Positions 39,892 through 50,021 of a DNA stretch of 64,000 nt are shown piece after piece. Made by a program: the position numbers and the translations under genes. The stretch is from Bacteroidales bacterium (GTDB lineage: Bacteria; Bacteroidota; Bacteroidia; Bacteroidales; WCHB1-69). Location: assembly GCA_016285145.1 (NCBI GenBank), contig JAEEQE010000011.1:363-64362 (forward strand), in the 5' to 3' direction. The notes under the pieces were generated by a model. That model ran no database searches, had not been told where the DNA came from, and saw only the letters and a list, made by a program, of their open reading frames with translations. The first letter of the stretch is position 1. Every line of letters starts with the position of its first letter.

Positions 39892-41211
39892 TTAGGAGAC
39901 GTTTTCTAACATCTCCTTCAGATAGTCATGTACTTTTTTGAAGAGGCCCCACCGTGAAGCACCATCGGGTTTCGGATCTGAGTCCGGACCTGGGTTTTGA
40001 ATGGGTGTGGTGCCGCGTTCCGAGGTGGTCAGATGCAGGTTCTCTTCGGTCTCGATGCCGTATTTGAGCAAGCCGAGGGCTGTGGAGAAGGCCGGCTGCT
40101 TCAATTCCGTGGGGATGGAGTGTGCGAACCCGTTGTCGGGGATGCCGATGCGGGTGGGCATCTGGAGCATGTATTGGCACAGCTCCTTGATGTGGCGGAG
40201 GTTAGAGCCGCCACCCGTGAGGACGAGGCCTGCGAAGAGGCGATCCTTATAGCCGGAGTTGTCAATCTCTTTCTGGATGGCGCTGAGAATCTCGCCCTGC
40301 ACGCGGCTGTTGATGATCTGCGCCAAATAGTTTTCGTTGATCTGGATGGGCTCCTGGCCGTGCGGCTTGGGGATGGTGATGAGGTTGTTGGAATGGCTCT
40401 TCTCCACAATGCAGGTGCCGTAGGAGATCTTCAGTTTCTCGGCCACATCCTCGGAGATTTTGCATACCTGCGCGATGTCGCGGGTGATGACGTTGCCGCC
40501 CATGGCGATGACTTTGGTATAAACGGGATTTCCGTCCACGAAGATGATAAGGTCGGAGGTGCCGCCGCCGATATCGACCAGTGCCACGCCATGGCGTTTC
40601 TCCTCCTCGGTGAGGCAGGCTATGCCGGAGGCGATGGGCTCCAGTATAATGTCGTTCAGATGAATGCCCGATTCTTCACCGCACATTTTGATGCGGTCGA
40701 TTTCGGAGATCTTGCCTGTGATGAGCTGGTAGGTTCCAATGACTTCGTTGCCGAGCTCACCCACGGGTTCGAAGGTGACACGATCCTTGTCAATGAGATA
40801 TTTCTGCGGAATAACGTCGATGATCTCTTCGCCGGGAGGCACGGTGGCGTGGAAAACCTCGTTCTTCAGGTTCTCAATCTCTTCGCTGGTGATGGGCGTC
40901 TTCTTGCCCTGGCGGAAAAGGTGGTGGTTGTACCGGCTGGTCTTGATGTGATGGCCGGCAATGCCCACATACACGCTTTTGATCTCCTGGTTGGAACGCT
41001 GGCTGGCCATGCTGGTGGAGAGCGTTATGCCGGTGACGGTTTTGTTGATGTTGCGGATCTCGCCGAACTCCACACCGGTGGACTCGCTTTTGCCGTAGCC
41101 GATAATGTCAATCTGACCGTTCTCGTTCCGATAGCCGATAACGGTGGCGATCTTGGTGGTGCCGATGTCCAGACCGACAATCATGTTGTCATTGTTGTAA
41201 ACGTTCTCCAT
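39892..41211 (-). CDS. ftsA: Cell division protein FtsA
   Basis: VGLDIGTTKI, LVDIGGGTSD, VLTGGGS. Confidence 0.97.
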   Translation of the reverse strand: MENVYNNDNMIVGLDIGTTKIATVIGYRNENGQIDIIGYGKSESTGVEFGEIRNINKTVTGITLSTSMASQRSNQEIKSVYVGIAGHHIKTSRYNHHLFRQGKKTPITSEEIENLKNEVFHATVPPGEEIIDVIPQKYLIDKDRVTFEPVGELGNEVIGTYQLITGKISEIDRIKMCGEESGIHLNDIILEPIASGIACLTEEEKRHGVALVDIGGGTSDLIIFVDGNPVYTKVIAMGGNVITRDIAQVCKISEDVAEKLKISYGTCIVEKSHSNNLITIPKPHGQEPIQINENYLAQIINSRVQGEILSAIQKEIDNSGYKDRLFAGLVLTGGGSNLRHIKELCQYMLQMPTRIGIPDNGFAHSIPTELKQPAFSTALGLLKYGIETEENLHLTTSERGTTPIQNPGPDSDPKPDGASRWGLFKKVHDYLKEMLENVS

Positions 41212-41223
41212 AGACAGTTGAAT

Positions 41224-41976
41224 TTATTTTCGTTTTGCTATTATCCTGTTCTTAAAACGCACATCCAGTTGCGCATACGTGTCAAATCCCTTCCGCGTCA
41301 ATCCCTCCTGATAGACCAGTTTGAGGTTTTCTAACTTCTCCTCTATGTTTTGGTCGTCCCCGAAAAGCACCACATGGTTCCCTACTGACGGCACCAACTC
41401 TATCTGGTTGTGTTCGTTGAGGTAGAGCTGTTGGAACTGCGCTTGGCAGAACTCGTCCTTTTGGATGGCGTTGGCAATGTTCACCATCTCGGCGAGCCGC
41501 CCGCGGGCAGTATCTCCCTGCTTGTAATGCTGGTGGATGTGGCCGTTGGCGATGGGCAGATCGTCCTGCATCTTGGCGGTGAAGGGCAGAAGACAGCCGC
41601 TGTCGTCCACGAAATACTGGTCCCCGTCCTGGCTGAAGGCGTGCAGGATGATGTGCTTCAGCGTGTAGTCAATCACTAAACGGCTGCCTGAGAAGTGGAT
41701 GAAGTTCACCTCCTCCACGTACGGGTTCGCTGACAGCAAGTGGGTGATGGCCGCCACGTCAATGTCCTTCATCGGCATACCGAGAATGGCGATGCTGTCC
41801 GCCGACAACATCCGATCCACCTCCGCCTGACCGAGCACCAAGCTCTCATTCTGCGTGTGCGGGGCTACGGTTATGCTCTCGCATTGGTGTTTCGGTACAG
41901 ATACAATAGCCCAAATGATAATTATCAATACGCTGATAATCAAAATAATACGGGTAATTGCTTTAACGTATCTCAT
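41224..41976 (-). CDS. ftsQ: Cell division protein FtsQ/DivIB
   Basis: N-terminal TM segment, POTRA-like region, C-terminal LDVRFKNRIIAK; upstream of ftsA. Confidence 0.85.
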   Translation of the reverse strand: MRYVKAITRIILIISVLIIIIWAIVSVPKHQCESITVAPHTQNESLVLGQAEVDRMLSADSIAILGMPMKDIDVAAITHLLSANPYVEEVNFIHFSGSRLVIDYTLKHIILHAFSQDGDQYFVDDSGCLLPFTAKMQDDLPIANGHIHQHYKQGDTARGRLAEMVNIANAIQKDEFCQAQFQQLYLNEHNQIELVPSVGNHVVLFGDDQNIEEKLENLKLVYQEGLTRKGFDTYAQLDVRFKNRIIAKRK

Positions 41977-42087
41977 TTGGCTGCTATAATACTGTAGAAT
42001 AGCTACAAAAATAGCATTTAGCGGCGAGACATAAAAGGCCGTCCGCATAAAAAATAAACAAAAAAGTGTTGATAATGTAAAAAAATG

Positions 42088-42954
42088 TTAGGCGTTGCGT
42101 TTGTCCAATCCCCACAACAATTTTTCCCGTATAATGTTGTAAAAGTTGTTGTTATGGAAAAGGACCGTCTGGATTTGGAAATCCTCCTGCCGGATGCTCA
42201 GTCGGGTCCGGTTATCCACAATGACCTTGCGGGTGTCGGTGCAAAGGGTGAACCGTCCGTTACGGCTTTCCACCTCGATGGTGAGCGTCGTGTCGGACGG
42301 GATGACTAACGGGCGTACACTCAGCGAGTGCGGAGCGATGGGGGTCAGCACGTTGACCTGCGACTGCGGATGCAGGATGGGTCCGCCACAACTCATCGAG
42401 TAGGCGGTGGAGCCCGTGGGGGTGGAAATGATCAGCCCGTCGGCCCAGTAGGTGTTGACCTTCTGGCCGTCGGCCCACACGGTGATGGCACTGATGGAGT
42501 CCGTGTCGGTGGCCCGGATGGTGATGTCGTTCACGGCAAACGTGCCCGACAAGGCCATCGGCTCGCTGCTGTCCACATGCAGCAACGACCTCTGTTCAAG
42601 TGAGTAACGACGCTCCTTCAACATCTGGAAACACTCTTTGAAGTTATCCTTCTTGATGCCCGAGAGGAAGCCTATACGCCCGGTGTTGATGCCCACTAAC
42701 GGGATGTTCAGATTCCCGACTAAATTGGCGGCGTCGATGAAGGAGCCGTCGCCCCCGATGGAGACCATGAAGTCGATGGGCAGATGGCGGGAAAGCTCCT
42801 CATGATTGTGGAAAAAAGCATGGCAACCGCCCACCTCCGGGCAGTTGCCATGAATGATTAAGTCGAATTGCTGCGATTGCAGATGTTCGATGACCGTGCA
42901 GATGAAAGCCTGTTCCTCCGCACCATTCTGGCGGCTGTAAAGCGCGATTTTCAT
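42088..42954 (-). CDS. nadK: NAD kinase
   Basis: SIGGDGS, GINTGRIGFL, ADGLIISTPTGSTAYSMSCGGP. Confidence 0.96.
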   Translation of the reverse strand: MKIALYSRQNGAEEQAFICTVIEHLQSQQFDLIIHGNCPEVGGCHAFFHNHEELSRHLPIDFMVSIGGDGSFIDAANLVGNLNIPLVGINTGRIGFLSGIKKDNFKECFQMLKERRYSLEQRSLLHVDSSEPMALSGTFAVNDITIRATDTDSISAITVWADGQKVNTYWADGLIISTPTGSTAYSMSCGGPILHPQSQVNVLTPIAPHSLSVRPLVIPSDTTLTIEVESRNGRFTLCTDTRKVIVDNRTRLSIRQEDFQIQTVLFHNNNFYNIIREKLLWGLDKRNA

Positions 42955-44024
42955 TAGACGTAGTCTTGCACTTCCACTTCGCTGTTCAGGATCATGTTGG
43001 CATTGAGGGCCATGGCGGCCATCTCGTCCTCGCCGGGATATACGGCCACCGGGGCAATCCAGTCGATGTAGCGTTTGATGCGGGCGATGACAGGCTTTCC
43101 GTAGGCGATGCCGCCCGTCAGGATGATGGCGTCGATCTTGCCCTTGAGCACCACGGCGTTTTCGCCGATCTGCTTGGCCACCTGATAGGCGAAAGCCTCC
43201 TCTAATAACTCGGCTTTCGGGTCGCCGGCGATGGCTGCCTTCTCAACCGCCAAGGCGTCGTTGCTGCCAAAATAACCGACATATCCACCTTTGCCCACTA
43301 ATATTTTCTGCATGTCTTCCTGGGTGTATTTGCCGCTGAAACAAGCTTTTAAGAACTGGTTCATCGGCAGGCTTCCGGAGCGTTCCGGAGAGAACGGGCC
43401 TTCGCCGTCCAAGGCTTGGTTTACGTCGATGACGCGGCCCTGACGATGGGCACCCACGCTCACGCCGCCGCCCATGTGGCAGACAATGAGGTTCAGCTCC
43501 TCATATTTCTTGCCGCTGTCTTTGGCGTACATGCGGGCGATGGCCTTCTGGTTCAGGGCATGGAAAATGGACTTGCGCTCGAAGTCGGGATGGCCGGTGA
43601 TGCGGGCCACCTCTTCCATCTCGTCCACAATCACAGGATCGGCGATGTAGGCTTCCTTCAGACCGATGAACTTCGCGATGCTGTCGGCGATGAGGCCGCC
43701 CAAGTTACAGGCGTGCTGGCCGTTATAGCCCATCATGAGATGCTCTTTCATGAGCTCGTTGATGCGGTAAACGCCGGATTTCAAGGGCTTGATCAAACCG
43801 CCACGACCCATGACTAAGTCGATGGAGTGCAGGTCTATGTTTTCGGCTTCCAGCACCGAAATGATGACGTCGCGGCGGAACTCGTATTGGTCAGCAATCG
43901 TGGCGTAGCCGGAAAGCTCTTCTGTGGAATGTTTGATGTTCTTGACGAATTTCTGTTCGTTACCCTCGAAAATGGCTATCTTCGTGGATGTTGAACCGGG
44001 GTTGATGGCAAGTATTTTTTTCAT
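42954..44024 (-). CDS. buk: Butyrate kinase
   Basis: INPGSTSTK, GRGGL, HACNLG, HALNQKA, HMGGGVSV, PGEDEM. Confidence 0.96.
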   Translation of the reverse strand: MKKILAINPGSTSTKIAIFEGNEQKFVKNIKHSTEELSGYATIADQYEFRRDVIISVLEAENIDLHSIDLVMGRGGLIKPLKSGVYRINELMKEHLMMGYNGQHACNLGGLIADSIAKFIGLKEAYIADPVIVDEMEEVARITGHPDFERKSIFHALNQKAIARMYAKDSGKKYEELNLIVCHMGGGVSVGAHRQGRVIDVNQALDGEGPFSPERSGSLPMNQFLKACFSGKYTQEDMQKILVGKGGYVGYFGSNDALAVEKAAIAGDPKAELLEEAFAYQVAKQIGENAVVLKGKIDAIILTGGIAYGKPVIARIKRYIDWIAPVAVYPGEDEMAAMALNANMILNSEVEVQDYV

Positions 44025-44130
44025 AAAACAAATTATTGGTTATAGACTAAAAAAGCCGTGTCAAACACGGCTGCAAATATAGGGAAAAAAGTTCAATAAT
44101 CAAAGGGGAGAATGTCGAATCATTTGGAAA

Positions 44131-44517
44131 TCATTCTTCCGCTTCAACAAGCCAGTGTTTTTTCAAGATGGCATCCTCTACCGGAAACCAGACAGCCATG
44201 CTGTCAAATTCGTGGGAAAATATGATCATCGCTTGATAGTGACAAGTAAGGTCATAGTAGTTATCGCCAGATCGCAATAAAAGGTATTGCGATGCGGCTG
44301 CTTTGTCATGGTCATTTTCAATATAGGCACATTTGATGGAGTCTCTAAGTTGTTTGGCATTTATAATAAAAGCCTTGAATGCCGAATCATTTTGTCGAAT
44401 CATTTCAAGCTCTTCAGCAGTAAAATCGGTGTTGTTGATTGTACTTGCATGGTTGGTTTTATTATTGCATCCTACAAAAACCAGACAGCAAAAACTAATC
44501 AGAATACAATTCTTCAG
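44131..44517 (-). CDS. Putative lipoprotein (candidate immunity protein); start uncertain (CTG)
   Basis: (M)KNCILISFCCLVFVGC|NNK signal-II-like sequence overlapping the end of the upstream lysozyme-like ORF; AT-rich. Confidence 0.6.
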   Translation of the reverse strand: MKNCILISFCCLVFVGCNNKTNHASTINNTDFTAEELEMIRQNDSAFKAFIINAKQLRDSIKCAYIENDHDKAAASQYLLLRSGDNYYDLTCHYQAMIIFSHEFDSMAVWFPVEDAILKKHWLVEAEE

Positions 44518-45052
44518 CTCTTTTAAGCATTTCCTTGTTTCTTCCAAGAGGTTCTTTTGAAATGACATTTCCATTTTTGTCTCTTTTAATCTCATAACGC
44601 AGACTTTCATTCTTTATTGATTCAACATCCTTCTTGAACATAGCTTTCATCAGATTCGGGAATGTGGCGACACCCCCTTTGACATTATATTCAAAATCCA
44701 TCAGGTAGGCCTTTTCTTTTGCATTTAATTTATCCCATGCATTATATTCCCCAAATGTTTCCTTTATTATTCGATTGTATGCCGTTTTTGAATTGTCATA
44801 GTCAATGCTTAGCCTCTGATTTATTGCATTGTCTTGTTGCTCTTTTGTGATGTAGTGCAATCCTCTTCCGTCAGTTTGGCTATTATATATTTTTAGTAGT
44901 TTCGGATTTGCGGTTTCTGTGAGCTTCAGTCCATCACCTATGTCTAAAGTGAAGAAATCCTCTATAGCTGAATAAGCGTAATATCTCTGGAATAATGAAT
45001 CATAAGAATACCTTAATTTAAGACATGAAGAGAATCCATAAGGAATAACACA
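44495..45052 (-). pseudogene. Lysozyme/muramidase-like (GH24/T4-lysozyme-like) domain lacking a clear start
   Basis: Hand translation extends the open frame 64 codons upstream of the TTG at 44860: RYYAYSAIEDFFTLDIGDGLKL...ITKEQQD...WDKLNAKEKAYLMDFEYNV...FPNLMKAM...LGRN. Confidence 0.55.
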
Positions 45053-45351
45053 TCATATTACTACCTTGGCCTACGGCCACTCCTTCTATATAACTTATTT
45101 TAACTCGCTGTTTCATAAATCTTTGTTTCAGATTGTCTGCGGTGGTTGTTATTTTCTATTTATTATAGGTATGGCCGATTCGGTACTTCTAAAATAGAAG
45201 GGGAATTAATCCTGCGTGGCACCAATGTGCCACGAGTTTAATTAGCAGTGGTGTATGCTTGTCATTATGGAAGCAACTTCTATATTTCGCCAAAACTGAT
45301 TTCTAGAATTATGGCGACGGATACATGGACGTGATACGGGATTCCTTGCCC

Positions 45352-45873
45352 CTACGACAGATACACGTCAATAAGCCCTTCCGGGGCGTTGATGTGCAGC
45401 GTCTTGTTGTCGCGGTCCACGCGCGCGATGAACTGGTGGTTGGCGGGGATGAGGATGTCGGTGCCGTCGTGGTCCACCACCATGATGGGGTTGTTGCTGA
45501 CTTCCAAGAACTCGCGGCATGTGCCGATGTCGCCTTTTGCGGCATCCGTCACGGTGAAGCCGATGACTTCATGGAAATAGAAGCGGTTGTCGGGCAGCTT
45601 GGGGAGGTCGCTGAGGGGCAGGTACAGCTCTGTGCCCACAAAGTCGCGGGCCTCGTTGACGCCCACACCCTCGAACTGGAGGATGAACTGGTTGTTGCCG
45701 CGGCAGATGATGCTTTCGATGGTGTAGGGGATTTTCTCGCCGTCGATGTCGAGGAACACGGCGGGGAGGTTGAGGTAGTTTTCAGGGTTGTCGGTATCAA
45801 AAAAGGCACACAAACCGCCTTTCAGTCCGAAAGGTTTGGTCAGTGTGCCTAAATAGAAGAATTCGTCTTTCAT
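45352..45873 (-). CDS. rimM: Ribosome maturation factor RimM
   Basis: LGTLTKPFGLKG, FYFHEVIGFTV, ILIP, PEGLIDVY; follows rpsP. Confidence 0.95.
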   Translation of the reverse strand: MKDEFFYLGTLTKPFGLKGGLCAFFDTDNPENYLNLPAVFLDIDGEKIPYTIESIICRGNNQFILQFEGVGVNEARDFVGTELYLPLSDLPKLPDNRFYFHEVIGFTVTDAAKGDIGTCREFLEVSNNPIMVVDHDGTDILIPANHQFIARVDRDNKTLHINAPEGLIDVYLS

Positions 45874-46466
45874 TATGCTTCAGCGGGAGCGGCTTCTTCA
45901 GCGGCCGGAGCCTCTTCGGTTTGGGCTTCAGCTTCAGCGTTTGCGGCAGCCTCTGCGGCAGCGGCTTCGGCGGCTTCCTGAGCGGCCTTGGCGGCGGCAG
46001 CGGCCAGTTCGGCGTTGTGGGCGGCTATCTTGGCAGCCATGGCTTCCTTGACCTTGGTCTCGGCAGCCAGACGCTCCTTGACGATGGCGCGTTTCTTGTC
46101 GCGCTCTTCAATAGCCACATTGTTCAACTTGCTGTCTTTCTCCTTCTTCCAAGCCTCGAACTTCTGCTGGGCCTGAGCTTCGGAGAGAGCACCCTTGGCG
46201 ATACCGCCTCTGAGGTGCTTCATCAAATAAACGCCTTCACGTTTGAGAATCGCACGGGCCGTATCCGTAGGCGTGGCACCGGTCTCCAACCAATAGAGGG
46301 CGCGGTCAAAATTGATGTTAAGCGTTGCCGGATTGGTCAGGGGATTGTAAGTACCAAGATCTTCGATAAAACGTCCGTCACGTGGTGCACGACCATCCGC
46401 AATTACAAGGTGGTAGAAAGGTTGGTTCTTTTTACCTCTTCTCTGTAATCTGATTCTTGTTGCCAT
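45873..46466 (-). CDS. rpsP: 30S ribosomal protein S16 with Ala/Glu-rich extension
   Basis: MATRIRLQRRGKKNQPFYHLVIADGRAPRDGRFIE. Confidence 0.98.
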   Translation of the reverse strand: MATRIRLQRRGKKNQPFYHLVIADGRAPRDGRFIEDLGTYNPLTNPATLNINFDRALYWLETGATPTDTARAILKREGVYLMKHLRGGIAKGALSEAQAQQKFEAWKKEKDSKLNNVAIEERDKKRAIVKERLAAETKVKEAMAAKIAAHNAELAAAAAKAAQEAAEAAAAEAAANAEAEAQTEEAPAAEEAAPAEA

Positions 46467-46633
46467 AAAATTTTAATTTTTAGATAATTATGTTAATAAT
46501 AATCCCTGTAAAGAACTCGTCTTTTTTGGGGCGACAAAAGTACAAAAATTTTGTTATCAAACCGTTGGGGATGTTGATAATTTTTTGAAAGGGATGATGG
46601 GAAAAAATCGGAGCGCTTTCTTCTTCCGTTGGT

Positions 46634-47212
46634 TTAAAAATCAAAGCTGTTGATTTCCCCGCGTGGGTGAATGATGATGTATTTGGTAAAATGCTCGTCG
46701 GCGGTGAACCCGTCGCCGTAATTAACGGATCCGTCGGCTTTCTTCTGCTTCACCAACACATTGGAATAGATGGTCTTGGTGCGCTGGTCCCAATTGATTT
46801 CCTCCGTTTCCAATGTGTCGCCTTGTATCACATCGCAGATGACAACATTTTTGGAGGCCTTATAAATAGCGTTGTTGATAGCACAGGCATATCCGGCAGT
46901 GAGGATGGCCTGCTTCCGACCCATCTCGTTGAACGAGATGATGGTAACGCCTTTCGGACAGTCCATATAGGTGGAGTCCCCCGAATAGCTGTTCATCAGC
47001 GGGGCTTTGACGATGAAGCTGGTTCTTCCCGAATCGCTGGTGGTGATTACCATGTTCTCCGCCGACTCGTCGGGGAAGCGGCCGTTGTATTCCAGCAACT
47101 GTTTCTCCTTGGACGAAGAACTGCAACCAACAAAAAACATCATAAGGCATAAAGCCGTTATGATGTTTTTTGTGATTGGACTTGTTTGTCGGGAAAGAGA
47201 CCAAGCCGTCAT
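46634..47212 (-). CDS. lptC: LPS export periplasmic protein LptC
   Basis: Beta-rich; GDTLETEEINWDQ...IYSNVLV...GDGF; conserved position after coaX/OMP/TPR. Confidence 0.8.
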   Translation of the reverse strand: MTAWSLSRQTSPITKNIITALCLMMFFVGCSSSSKEKQLLEYNGRFPDESAENMVITTSDSGRTSFIVKAPLMNSYSGDSTYMDCPKGVTIISFNEMGRKQAILTAGYACAINNAIYKASKNVVICDVIQGDTLETEEINWDQRTKTIYSNVLVKQKKADGSVNYGDGFTADEHFTKYIIIHPRGEINSFDF

Positions 47213-47218
47213 ATCTGA

Positions 47219-48694
47219 TTATCTGACAGTGGTGTTTTCCTGAATCCAGCAACCAACATGGTAAGAAGAACCTGCGTTGAGACCGCGTTTGAAGAGTTCT
47301 TCCTTGCTCGGGAATCTCAGCTTGGCGCGTTGCTGGTTGGCCTTTTCAGCGCAACTCGGGTCAACGGCAGCGGCTCTGGCGTATTTGTCGGCAGCGGCCC
47401 ATGCGCAGGCGGCCGGGATTTCCTCACCACCGCATCTTCCGTAAGAATTGGCATAAAGGTCGCCAATCAGGATATAAGCTTTGCCCATGTTGGGTTGTGC
47501 CTTGAGGGCAGCCAGAGCGGCGGAACGGGCCTCGGCGTAAGAGTTTTTCAGCTGATAGGCCAGGGCAAGCATGTAGTTGGCATCGCCTTTCTGCTCGTTG
47601 GTTTCGCTCAGTCTCACAGCTTCCGTGAAGTAGTTGATGGCAGCATCCAATTCGGCCGGGTCTTTTTCTTTCGTGAAACTTCTCAAAGAGAGGTTACCCA
47701 TCCAGTAGGCGGAACTGCGGTTCGGGTTGGACTTGTGCAGGATTTCCAAAGCTTCCTTGAAGACAGGGCTGGTAACGCATTCGCCATTGTTGCTCTTCGA
47801 CATGGTGATGACGATCTTGTTGACAGCGGAAAGGTCATCTTTGATTTGCGGCAATTTCTTACCGTAAACATCTTCCAGCACCTGGCAGGAAGCATACGGC
47901 GTGATGGACTTTTCAATCTTGCTCAACGATTTCCTGTAGTTCACGATGTATTTCATCTGACGGGCCGTGTCTTTGCCCAAAGCCTTGGTCTGACGATCGT
48001 AGTTGACACCGTCCAGCTGGCCTTTGTTGTAGAGTTCCGTAAGACTGTCGATTTCTGCGACGGCCTTCTCGTACTGCACTTGGGCGTTGTCGATGGAGAT
48101 ACCCAGATAGTCGGTGGCACGACCGTATGATTCAATCACGATGGAGGTGTCCTTGGTGGCCTTGGTCACCTGCTCGGCCAAGCGGAAATAGGCATCCCAG
48201 ATGGCGGGTTGCGTCTTTTCCTTTTCCAATTCAACTGATTGGATGAACAGGTTCAGGTTCTCTTGGATGAGATTGAAATCTTTGGATAATTGTTTTCCTC
48301 TGTATTTCAATGTGTTGTATGCCTTGAATCCCATGCAGTAACCTTTGCTGAACTTGTTCGGGAAGTAGTTGTTCCGCGTGTCAAACGTGGCCAACAGGTC
48401 ATCGATCAGCTGCTCTTTCTTCAAGGAGTCTTTTTCGTTCTTGATAAGAGCATCGAAAAGCGTTTGGGCGTTGGTGAAAATGCCGTCCCATGCGCAAGGG
48501 CATTTTTGAACGATATACTGCCAGGCCTCGTAGGCATCGGTGTAGTTTTTAGCCTTGTAAAACATGTTGAAATTAGTCATCTGTTCCAGACATTTCAACG
48601 AGTCTTCTTCCGTAGCACCGTATTTGTACGGGCATTGGGCAAACAAGGAAGTGCTGGCTAAAAGCAAAAATGCGGCTACAATTAATTTTTTCAT
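47219..48694 (-). CDS. Secreted TPR-containing protein
   Basis: Signal peptide, helical repeats, AYILIGDLYA, C-terminal VGCWIQENTTVR. Confidence 0.8.
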   Translation of the reverse strand: MKKLIVAAFLLLASTSLFAQCPYKYGATEEDSLKCLEQMTNFNMFYKAKNYTDAYEAWQYIVQKCPCAWDGIFTNAQTLFDALIKNEKDSLKKEQLIDDLLATFDTRNNYFPNKFSKGYCMGFKAYNTLKYRGKQLSKDFNLIQENLNLFIQSVELEKEKTQPAIWDAYFRLAEQVTKATKDTSIVIESYGRATDYLGISIDNAQVQYEKAVAEIDSLTELYNKGQLDGVNYDRQTKALGKDTARQMKYIVNYRKSLSKIEKSITPYASCQVLEDVYGKKLPQIKDDLSAVNKIVITMSKSNNGECVTSPVFKEALEILHKSNPNRSSAYWMGNLSLRSFTKEKDPAELDAAINYFTEAVRLSETNEQKGDANYMLALAYQLKNSYAEARSAALAALKAQPNMGKAYILIGDLYANSYGRCGGEEIPAACAWAAADKYARAAAVDPSCAEKANQQRAKLRFPSKEELFKRGLNAGSSYHVGCWIQENTTVR

Positions 48695-48740
48695 CTCTTT
48701 ATGTTTTAAAATAGGTTTATATTCAGTTTGTTTTTGTCTT

Positions 48741-50021
48741 TTAATCCATTTTCAACCGTTGGTACCATCTCTCCTGCAAGGTGAAGTTCAAGGTGCATCT
48801 GAAGTAGTTCTGCCGAATCAAGTTGTTGACCAAAGTTCCCATCTTTCCGTATTCTAATGCAATATTGATAGATGAATGTGTATTGAAGGTGGTCAGGGGG
48901 AATCCAACGCCGAGAGAGACTGCAAATTCGGTGACAGGTTTATTGCGTATCATAAAAATACCGGTGGAATACTTGGCACCCAAGCGGAACGACATCCGCT
49001 GTACGAATTTGGTGGACTGGGCGTTGGGCACATATTGGACCCCCACGGAGGATATGATGGCGTTTTTGGTGGAGTCGCCACGACCCATCAGGCTGTATTT
49101 GGCCCAATTCTGCCAAGTCACATCGGCGGCCACGGTCAGCTTGTCCTTATAAGTATAGGAAAGTCCGCCGCCGATGGCCTGCGGGAGGACAAGTCTGCCC
49201 CCCTTATGCTCGTCCAAAAGGAGTGTGTCGTACGTGGTGGTAGTGCTGTAATCGCCTGTGTAATAGTTGATAAACGTCTTTTCCTTGGCCCAGATATAAG
49301 CGGAGTTGCTATAAGTGGCACCCAAGCCAAGGGTGTGGTTGTCCTTTATTTTCACCAGATATTGCAAGCCTCCGGAAAGATAAATGCCGTCAATATTGTA
49401 AGAATGGAGTATATATGTGTTGAAGTAGTTGCTGCCATCGAAAGAGGTGTTACTGGAATAGTAGAGCGAGCCGAACATATAGGAGGCGTTCAAGCCAATG
49501 GAGAGGCCTTTGCAGATGCGGAATGCATTGCCCCAATAGAGTTGATTGAGGCCGCCCTTGCCCGTGTAGTTGTAGGAAACTCCGCCCACGTCCTCGAGGG
49601 TCTGCTTGTCGGCAATGTCGTATCCTACGGTGCTGTAGGGCACAATGCCGACAGATGTCCGCCAATGTTTGGTTACCGGCAGTCCGATGGTGAGGTAGCC
49701 GGCTTTGGCGAATGAGTTCTTCTGGGTGAGGTTTCCCTGCCGGATATTGGACACATACAGGGAAGCTGCGGCGTCGGCTACAAACGAGAGCGAGTCGAAA
49801 GCGGCGTATGAGGCGGGGTTCCTGAAATTGATGCGGTAGGGGTTCTGCATGGCGTAGGAAACACCGCCCATGCCATCCAGATGGCCATTGGAGGTTGTGT
49901 TCAGCAATCCCACCCCGAAGCTCGAATAGGGCATACTGATTTCGTTTTGCGCCCGAAGAACGGAGGCAATGCCCAGCAGAAGCAAGATCGTAAATATGAA
50001 CCTATTGTGTTTCAGAAACAT
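48741..50021 (-). CDS. Outer-membrane beta-barrel protein (FadL-like)
   Basis: SMPYSSFGVG, NFRNPASY, C-terminal ERWYQRLKMD. Confidence 0.75.
   Translation of the reverse strand: MFLKHNRFIFTILLLLGIASVLRAQNEISMPYSSFGVGLLNTTSNGHLDGMGGVSYAMQNPYRINFRNPASYAAFDSLSFVADAAASLYVSNIRQGNLTQKNSFAKAGYLTIGLPVTKHWRTSVGIVPYSTVGYDIADKQTLEDVGGVSYNYTGKGGLNQLYWGNAFRICKGLSIGLNASYMFGSLYYSSNTSFDGSNYFNTYILHSYNIDGIYLSGGLQYLVKIKDNHTLGLGATYSNSAYIWAKEKTFINYYTGDYSTTTTYDTLLLDEHKGGRLVLPQAIGGGLSYTYKDKLTVAADVTWQNWAKYSLMGRGDSTKNAIISSVGVQYVPNAQSTKFVQRMSFRLGAKYSTGIFMIRNKPVTEFAVSLGVGFPLTTFNTHSSINIALEYGKMGTLVNNLIRQNYFRCTLNFTLQERWYQRLKMD

Noticed and set aside
44518-44610. N-terminal extension of the 159-aa ORF from the ORF track
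   Set aside because: It overlaps the lysozyme-like frame, and the signal peptide only begins near 44517.
45873-46100. Ala/Glu low-complexity tail of S16
   Set aside because: A common feature of Bacteroidetes S16; not unusual.
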